Source: Ranitomeya imitator (Eukaryota). From it: DNA of 64,000 nt. The notes under the pieces are model-generated. The model made no database searches and was not told the origin of the DNA. It worked only from the letters and a program-made list of their open reading frames with translations. The position numbers and the translations under genes were made by a program. Every line of letters begins with the position of its first letter. The stretch's first letter is position 1. Positions 57,937 to 64,000 of the stretch are shown here, one piece after another. The stretch covers positions 7,192,001 through 7,256,000 of the forward strand of contig NC_091291.1 in NCBI RefSeq assembly GCF_032444005.1, written 5' to 3'.

Positions 57937-59269
57937 AGTGAGCTTCCTCTACTGGTGGCTGTATAAATCTGTATGCAGTGAGCTCCCCCTAGTGGTGGCT
58001 GTATAAATCTGTATGTAGTGATCTCCCCCTAGTGGTGGCTGTATAAATCTGTATGTAGTGAGCTCCCCCTAGTGGTGGCTGTATAAATATGTATGTAGTG
58101 AGCTCCCTCTAGTGGTGGCTGTATAAATCTGTATGTAGTGAGCTCCCCCTAGTGGTGGCTGTATAAATCTGTATGTAGTGAGCTCCCCTAGTGGTGGCTG
58201 TATAAATCTGTATGCAGTGAGCTCCCCCTAGTGGTGGCTGTATAAATATGTATGTAGTGAGCTCCCCCTAGTGGTGGCTGTATAAATCTGTATGCAGTGA
58301 GCTCCCCCTAGTGGTGGCTGTATAAATATGTATGTAGTGAGCTCCCTCTAGTGGTGGCTGTATAAATCTGTATGTAGTGAGCTCCCCCTAGTGGTGGCTG
58401 TATAAATCTGTATGTAGTGAGCTCCCCTAGTGGTGGCTGTATAAATCTGTATGCAGTGAGCTCCCCCTAGTGGTGGCTGTATAAATATGTATGTAGTGAG
58501 CTCCCCCTAGTGGTGGCTGTATAAATCTGTATGCAGTGAGCTCCCCCTAGTGGTGGCTGTATAAATCTGTATGCAGTGAGCTCCCCCTAGTGGTGGCTGT
58601 ATAAATATGTATGTAGTGAGCTCCCCCTAGTGGTGGCTGTATAAATCTGTATGCAGTGAGCTCCCCCTAGTGGTGGCTGTATAAATCTGTATGCAGTGAG
58701 CTCCCCCTAGTGGTGGCTGTATAAATCTGTATGCAGTGAGGTCCCCCTATTGGTGATTATAAATCTGTATGCAGTGAGCTCCCTCTAGTGGTGGCTGTAT
58801 AAATATGTATGCAGTGAACTCTTTTATTATAAAAATACAAAACTTACAATAAATAGCAAAATCAAAACCCCAGCAAAAGCAACTATCCTGAGTCCAACAT
58901 TACCCCCCAGTCCAAAGCAAAGTCCGAGTCCAGCATAACAGCCCCCAGTGAAAGCAACCCCGCAAAAGAAAACAAACTGCCTTCTTCTTTCTCAAAGAAG
59001 CTTCCTCCATATCTTTCCTTCTTATGTTGTTTTCTGTCCTTTACTTGTCTTTTCACTTTTTGATTCTACAGATCTCCTCCTCCCCAGATCTGTATGTAGT
59101 GAGCTCCCTTTAGTGATAGCTGTATAAATCTGTATATAGTGTGCTCCCCCTATTGGTGACTATAATTCAGCTCCCTCTAGTGGTGACTGTATAACTCTGT
59201 ATGCAGTGAGCCCCCTCCAGTGGTGACTATAAATCTGTATGTAGTGAGCTCCCCCTACTTGAGGCTGTA
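57937..59269. repeat. 40-bp tandem array, about 26 copies, interrupted at 58822-59088 and cut by the LTR element at 59270
   Basis: Unit GAGCTCCCCCTAGTGGTGGCTGTATAAATCTGTATG(C/T)AGT. Confidence 0.96.
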
Positions 59270-59999
59270 TGTTATGGCTGGCAATCAGGCAACACAGCGT
59301 GCAGTAATCAGCGCACATACAGAGATCTGGCAAAAACCCAAAACAATAGGACGAGCTCTGAGACGTGGAATCTCTGTAGACTGCAGTACCTGAACTGTCC
59401 TAACACAACTGGAAGCAGCAGTGGATTGCGCCTATCACTACCTATGCAACTCGGCACTGCCTGAGGAGCTGACTAGCCTGAAGATAGAAATACAAGCCTG
59501 ACTTACCTCAGAGAAATACCCCAAAGGAATAGGCAGCCCCCACATATAATGACTGTTAGCAAGATGAAAAGACAAACGTAGGAATGAAATAGATTCAGCA
59601 AAGTGAGGCCCGATATTCTAGACAGAGCGAGGATAGCAAAGAGAACTATGCAGTCTACAAAAAACCCTAAAACGAAAACCACGCAAAGGGGCAAAAAAGA
59701 CCCACCGTGCCGAACTAACAGCACGGCGGTGCACCCCTTTGCTTCTCAGAGCTTCCAGCAAAAGATAATAACAAGCTGGACAGAAAAAACAGAAAACAAA
59801 CTAGAAGCACTTATCTAGCAGAGCAGCAGGCCCAAGGAAAGATGCAGTAGCTCAGATCCAACACTGGAACATTGACAAGGAGCAAGGAAGACAGACTCAG
59901 GTGGAGCTAAATAGCAAGGCAGCCAACGAGCTCACCAAAACACCTGAGGGAGGACGCCCAGAGACTGCAATACCACTTGTGACCACAGAATTCACAACA
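59270..59999 (-). mobile_element. 3' LTR (730 bp) of a Ty3/Gypsy retrotransposon
   Basis: On the minus strand it follows the PPT AAGGGGGGGG-TAC, starts TGTTGTG (59999) and ends ...ATAACA (59270), where the satellite resumes. Confidence 0.88.
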
Positions 60000-62900
60000 G
60001 TACCCCCCCCTTGAGGAGGGGTCACCGAACCCTCACCAGAACCCCCAGGCCGACCAGGATGAGCCACATGAAAGGTACGAACAAGATCTGGGGCATGGAC
60101 ATCAGAGGCAAAAACCCAGGAATTATCTTCCTGAGCATAACCCTTCCATTTGACCAGATACTGGAGTTTCCGTCTAGAGACACGAGAATCCAAAATCTTC
60201 TCCACAATATACTCCAATTCCCCCTCCACCAAAACAGGGGCAGGAGGCTCCACAGATGGAACCATAGGTGCCACGTATCTCCTCAACAACGACCTATGGA
60301 ATACATTATGTATGGAAAAGGAGTCTGGGAGGGTCAGACGAAAAGACACCGGATTGAGAATCTCAGAAATCCTATACGGACCAATAAAACGAGGTTTAAA
60401 TTTAGGAGAGGAAACCTTCATAGGTATATGACGAGAAGATAACCAAACCAGATCCCCAACACGAAGTCGGGGTCCCACACGGCGTCTGCGATTAGCGAAA
60501 AGCTGAGCCTTCTCCTGGGACAAGGTCAAATTGTCCACTACCTGAGTCCAGATCTGCTGCAACCTGTCCACCACATAATCCACACCAGGACAGTCCGAAG
60601 ACTCAACCTGTCCTGAAGAGAAACGAGGATGGAACCCAGAATTGCAGAAAAATGGAGAGACCAAGGTAGCCGAGCTGGCCCGATTATTAAGGGCGAACTC
60701 AGCCAACGGCAAAAATGACACCCAATCATCCTGGTCAGCGGAAACAAAACATCTCAGATATGTTTCCAAGGTCTGATTGGTTCGTTCGGTCTGGCCATTA
60801 GTCTGAGGATGGAAGGCCGAGGAAAAAGATAGGTCAATGCCCATCCTACCACAAAAGGCTCGCCAGAACCTTGAGACAAACTGGGAACCTCTGTCAGAAA
60901 CAATATTCTCAGGAATGCCATGTAAACGAACCACATGCTGGAAGAACAAAGGCACCAAATCAGAGGAGGAAGACAATTTAACCAAGGGCACCAGATGGAC
61001 CATTTTAGAAAAGCGATCACAGACCACCCAAATGACAGACATCTTTTGAGAAACGGGAAGGTCAGAAATGAAATCCATCGAAATATGTGTCCAAGGCCTC
61101 TTCGGGACCGGCAAGGGCAAAAGCAACCCACTGGCACGTGAACAGCAGGGCTTAGCCCTAGCACAAATTCCACAGGACTGCACAAAAGCACGCACATCCC
61201 GCGACAGAGACGGCCACCAAAAGGATCTAGCAACCAACTCCCTGGTACCAAAGATTCCTGGATGACCGGCCAGCACCGAACAATGAAGTTCAGAGATAAG
61301 TTTACTAGTCCACCTATCAGGGACGAACAGTTTCTCGGCCGGACAACGATCAGGTTTATTAGCCTGAAATTTCTGCAACACTCTCCGCAAATCAGGGGAG
61401 ATGGCAGACACAATGACTCCTTCCTTGAGGATACTCGCCGGCTCAGATAACCCCGGAGAGTCGGGCACAAAACTCCTAGACAGAGCATCCGCCTTCACAT
61501 TTTTAGAGCCCGGAAGGTATGAAATCACAAAATCAAAACGAGCAAAAAATAACGACCAACGGGCCTGTCTAGGATTCAAGCGCTTGGCAGACTCAAGATA
61601 AGTAAGGTTCTTATGATCAGTCAAAACCACCACGCGATGCTTAGCACCCTCAAGCCAATGACGCCACTCCTCGAATGCCCACTTCATGGCCAGCAACTCT
61701 CGGTTGCCCACATCATAATTACGCTCAGCAGCAGAAAATTTCCTGGAAAAGAAAGCACATGGTTTGAACACTGAGCAACCAGAACCTCTCTGTGACAAAA
61801 CCGCCCCTGCACCAATCTCAGAAGCATCAACCTCGACCTGGAACGGAAGAGAAACATCAGGTTGACACAACACAGGGGCACAGCAAAAACGACGCTTCAA
61901 CTCCTGAAAAGCTTCCACGGCAGCAGAAGACCAATTAACCAAATCAGCACCCTTCTTGGTCAAATCGGTCAATGGTCTGGCAATGCTAGAAAAATTACAG
62001 ATGAAGCGACGATAAAAATTAGCAAAGCCCAGGAATTTCTGCAAACTTTTTAGAGATGTCGGCTGAGTCCAATCCTGGATGGCCTGAACCTTAACCGGAT
62101 CCATCTCGATAGTAGAAGGGGAAAAGATGAACCCCAAAAATGAAACTTTCTGCACACCGAAGAGACACTTTGATCCCTTCACAAACAAGGAATTAGCACG
62201 CAGTACCTGGAAAACCATTCTGACTTGCTTTACATGAGACTCCCAATCATCTGAGAAGATCAAAATGTCATCCAAGTAAACAATCAAGAATTTATCCAGA
62301 TACTCACGAAAAATGTCATGCATAAAAGACTGAAAAACAGATGGAGCATTGGCAAGTCCGAACGGCATCACCAGATACTCAAAATGACCCTCGGGCGTAT
62401 TAAATGCCGTTTTCCATTCATCTCCCTGCCTGATTCTCACCAGATTATACGCACCACGAAGATCAATCTTAGTAAACCAACTAGCCCCCTTAATCCGAGC
62501 AAACAAGTCAGAAATCAATGGCAAGGGATACTGAAACTTAACAGTGATCTTATTAAGAAGGCGGTAATCAATACACGGTCTTAGCGAACCATCCTTCTTG
62601 GCTACAAAAAAGAACCCTGCTCCCAATGGTGACGACGATGGGCGAATATGTCCCTTCTCCAGGGACTCCTTCACATAACTGCGCATAGCGGTGTGTTCAG
62701 GTACGGACAAATTAAATAAACGACCCTTAGGGAATTTACTACCAGGAATCAAATCGATAGCACAATCACAATTCCTATGCGGAGGAAGGGCATCAGACTT
62801 GGACTCTTCAAATACATCCTGAAAGTCCGACAAGAACTCTGGGATGTCAGAAGGAATGGATGACGAAATAGACAAAAATGGAACATCACCATGTACTCCC

Positions 62901-64000
62901 TGACAACCCCAGCTGGTTACCGACATAGAGTTCCAATCCAATACTGGATTATGGGTTTGTAGCCATGGCAACCCCAACACGACCACATCATGCAAATTAT
63001 GCAGTACCAAAAAGCGAATAACTTCCTGATGTGCAGGAGCCATGCACATGGTCAGCTGGGCCCAGTACTGAGGCTTATTCTTGGCCAGAGGTGTAGCATC
63101 AATTCCTCTCAACGGAATAGGACACCGCAAAGGCTCCAAGAAAAATCCACAACGTTTAGCATAATCCAAATCCATCAGATTCAGGGCAGCGCCTGAATCC
63201 ACAAACGCCATGACAGAATATGATGACAAAGAGCACATTAAGGTAATGGACAAAAGGAATTTGGACTGTACAGTACCAATAACGGCAGAGCTATCGAACC
63301 GCCTAGTGCGTTTAGGACAATTAGAAATAGCATGAGTAGAATCACCACAATAGAAACACAGTCTGTTCAGACGTCTGTGTTCTTGCCGTTCTACTTTAGT
63401 CATAGTCCTGTTGCACTGCATAGGCTCAGGCTTACTCTCAGACAATACCGCCAGATGGTGCACAGATTTACGCTCGCGCAAGCGACGACCGATCTGAATG
63501 GCCAAGGACATAGACTCATTCAAACCAGCAGGCATAGGAAATCCCACCATTACATCCTTAAGAGCTTCAGAGAGACCCTTTCTGAACAAAGCCGCTAGTG
63601 CAGATTCATTCCACAGAGTGAGTACTGACCATTTTCTAAATTTCTGACAATATAGTTCTACATCATCCTGACCCTGGCATAAAGCCAGCAGATTTTTCTC
63701 AGCTTGATCCACTGAATTAGGCTCATCGTAAAGCAATCCCAGCGCCTGGAAAAATGCATCAATATTACTCAATGCAGAATCTCCTGGTGCAAGAGAAAAC
63801 GCCCAGTCCTGTGGGTCGCCGCGCAAAAAAGAAATAATAATCAAAACCTGTTGAATAGGATTACCAGAAGAATGAGGTTTCAAGGCCAAAAATAGCTTAC
63901 AATTATTTCTGAAGCTCAGGAACTTAGTTCTGTCACCAAAAAACAAATCAGGAATCGGAATTCTTGGTTCTAGCATCGATTTCTGATCAATAGTATCTTG
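59897..64000 (-). CDS. Chromovirus (Ty3/Gypsy, sushi-like) gag-pol polyprotein, uninterrupted; 5' end beyond the window
   Basis: At least 1359 aa in one frame: gag, CFYCGDSTHAISNC knuckle, FVDSGA protease, RT (LRPCIDYR, YLDDIL), RNase H (EVDAS), integrase (HHCC, D-D-E) and chromodomain (YIVEKILD...YLVKWKGY...NSW). The frame stays open to the window edge. Confidence 0.97.
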   Translation of the reverse strand, partial: QDTIDQKSMLEPRIPIPDLFFGDRTKFLSFRNNCKLFLALKPHSSGNPIQQVLIIISFLRGDPQDWAFSLAPGDSALSNIDAFFQALGLLYDEPNSVDQAEKNLLALCQGQDDVELYCQKFRKWSVLTLWNESALAALFRKGLSEALKDVMVGFPMPAGLNESMSLAIQIGRRLRERKSVHHLAVLSESKPEPMQCNRTMTKVERQEHRRLNRLCFYCGDSTHAISNCPKRTRRFDSSAVIGTVQSKFLLSITLMCSLSSYSVMAFVDSGAALNLMDLDYAKRCGFFLEPLRCPIPLRGIDATPLAKNKPQYWAQLTMCMAPAHQEVIRFLVLHNLHDVVVLGLPWLQTHNPVLDWNSMSVTSWGCQGVHGDVPFLSISSSIPSDIPEFLSDFQDVFEESKSDALPPHRNCDCAIDLIPGSKFPKGRLFNLSVPEHTAMRSYVKESLEKGHIRPSSSPLGAGFFFVAKKDGSLRPCIDYRLLNKITVKFQYPLPLISDLFARIKGASWFTKIDLRGAYNLVRIRQGDEWKTAFNTPEGHFEYLVMPFGLANAPSVFQSFMHDIFREYLDKFLIVYLDDILIFSDDWESHVKQVRMVFQVLRANSLFVKGSKCLFGVQKVSFLGFIFSPSTIEMDPVKVQAIQDWTQPTSLKSLQKFLGFANFYRRFICNFSSIARPLTDLTKKGADLVNWSSAAVEAFQELKRRFCCAPVLCQPDVSLPFQVEVDASEIGAGAVLSQRGSGCSVFKPCAFFSRKFSAAERNYDVGNRELLAMKWAFEEWRHWLEGAKHRVVVLTDHKNLTYLESAKRLNPRQARWSLFFARFDFVISYLPGSKNVKADALSRSFVPDSPGLSEPASILKEGVIVSAISPDLRRVLQKFQANKPDRCPAEKLFVPDRWTSKLISELHCSVLAGHPGIFGTRELVARSFWWPSLSRDVRAFVQSCGICARAKPCCSRASGLLLPLPVPKRPWTHISMDFISDLPVSQKMSVIWVVCDRFSKMVHLVPLVKLSSSSDLVPLFFQHVVRLHGIPENIVSDRGSQFVSRFWRAFCGRMGIDLSFSSAFHPQTNGQTERTNQTLETYLRCFVSADQDDWVSFLPLAEFALNNRASSATLVSPFFCNSGFHPRFSSGQVESSDCPGVDYVVDRLQQIWTQVVDNLTLSQEKAQLFANRRRRVGPRLRVGDLVWLSSRHIPMKVSSPKFKPRFIGPYRISEILNPVSFRLTLPDSFSIHNVFHRSLLRRYVAPMVPSVEPPAPVLVEGELEYIVEKILDSRVSRRKLQYLVKWKGYAQEDNSWVFASDVHAPDLVRTFHVAHPGRPGGSGEGSVTPPQGGGTVVNSVVTSGIAVSGRPPSGVLVSSLAALLFSST

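Noticed and set aside
14693-59269. Regularly spaced direct repeats as possible CRISPR arrays
   Set aside because: The units are head-to-tail with no unique spacers, there are no cas genes, and the context is eukaryotic with spliced genes.

Overview
Vertebrate genomic DNA, most likely a frog (inferred from the repeat families and gene models). It holds a four-gene block in the same relative order and orientation as human 1p36. A group II secreted phospholipase A2 (PLA2G2E-like, +) has 3 exons resolved and its leader exon unresolved. OTUD3 (-) is complete with 8 coding exons and 394 aa. RNF186 (+) is a single-exon gene of 219 aa. TMCO4 (+) has 11 coding exons, and its 3' end lies beyond the window. 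The rest is dense in repeats. The 12-kb PLA2 intron holds MITEs, a DIRS remnant split by two MITEs, and a full-length dead L1 with a 14-bp TSD that carries a CR1. A 5.1-kb non-autonomous Helitron ends 178 bp upstream of the OTUD3 ATG and carries about 160 copies of a 20-mer plus a second, nearly identical CR1. An apparently intact chromodomain-bearing Ty3/Gypsy element sits in a CTCF-motif-like satellite. About 16 tandem arrays total roughly 25 kb. Most long ORFs in the supplied track are artefacts of these arrays. All coordinates were read by eye; no database searches were run.
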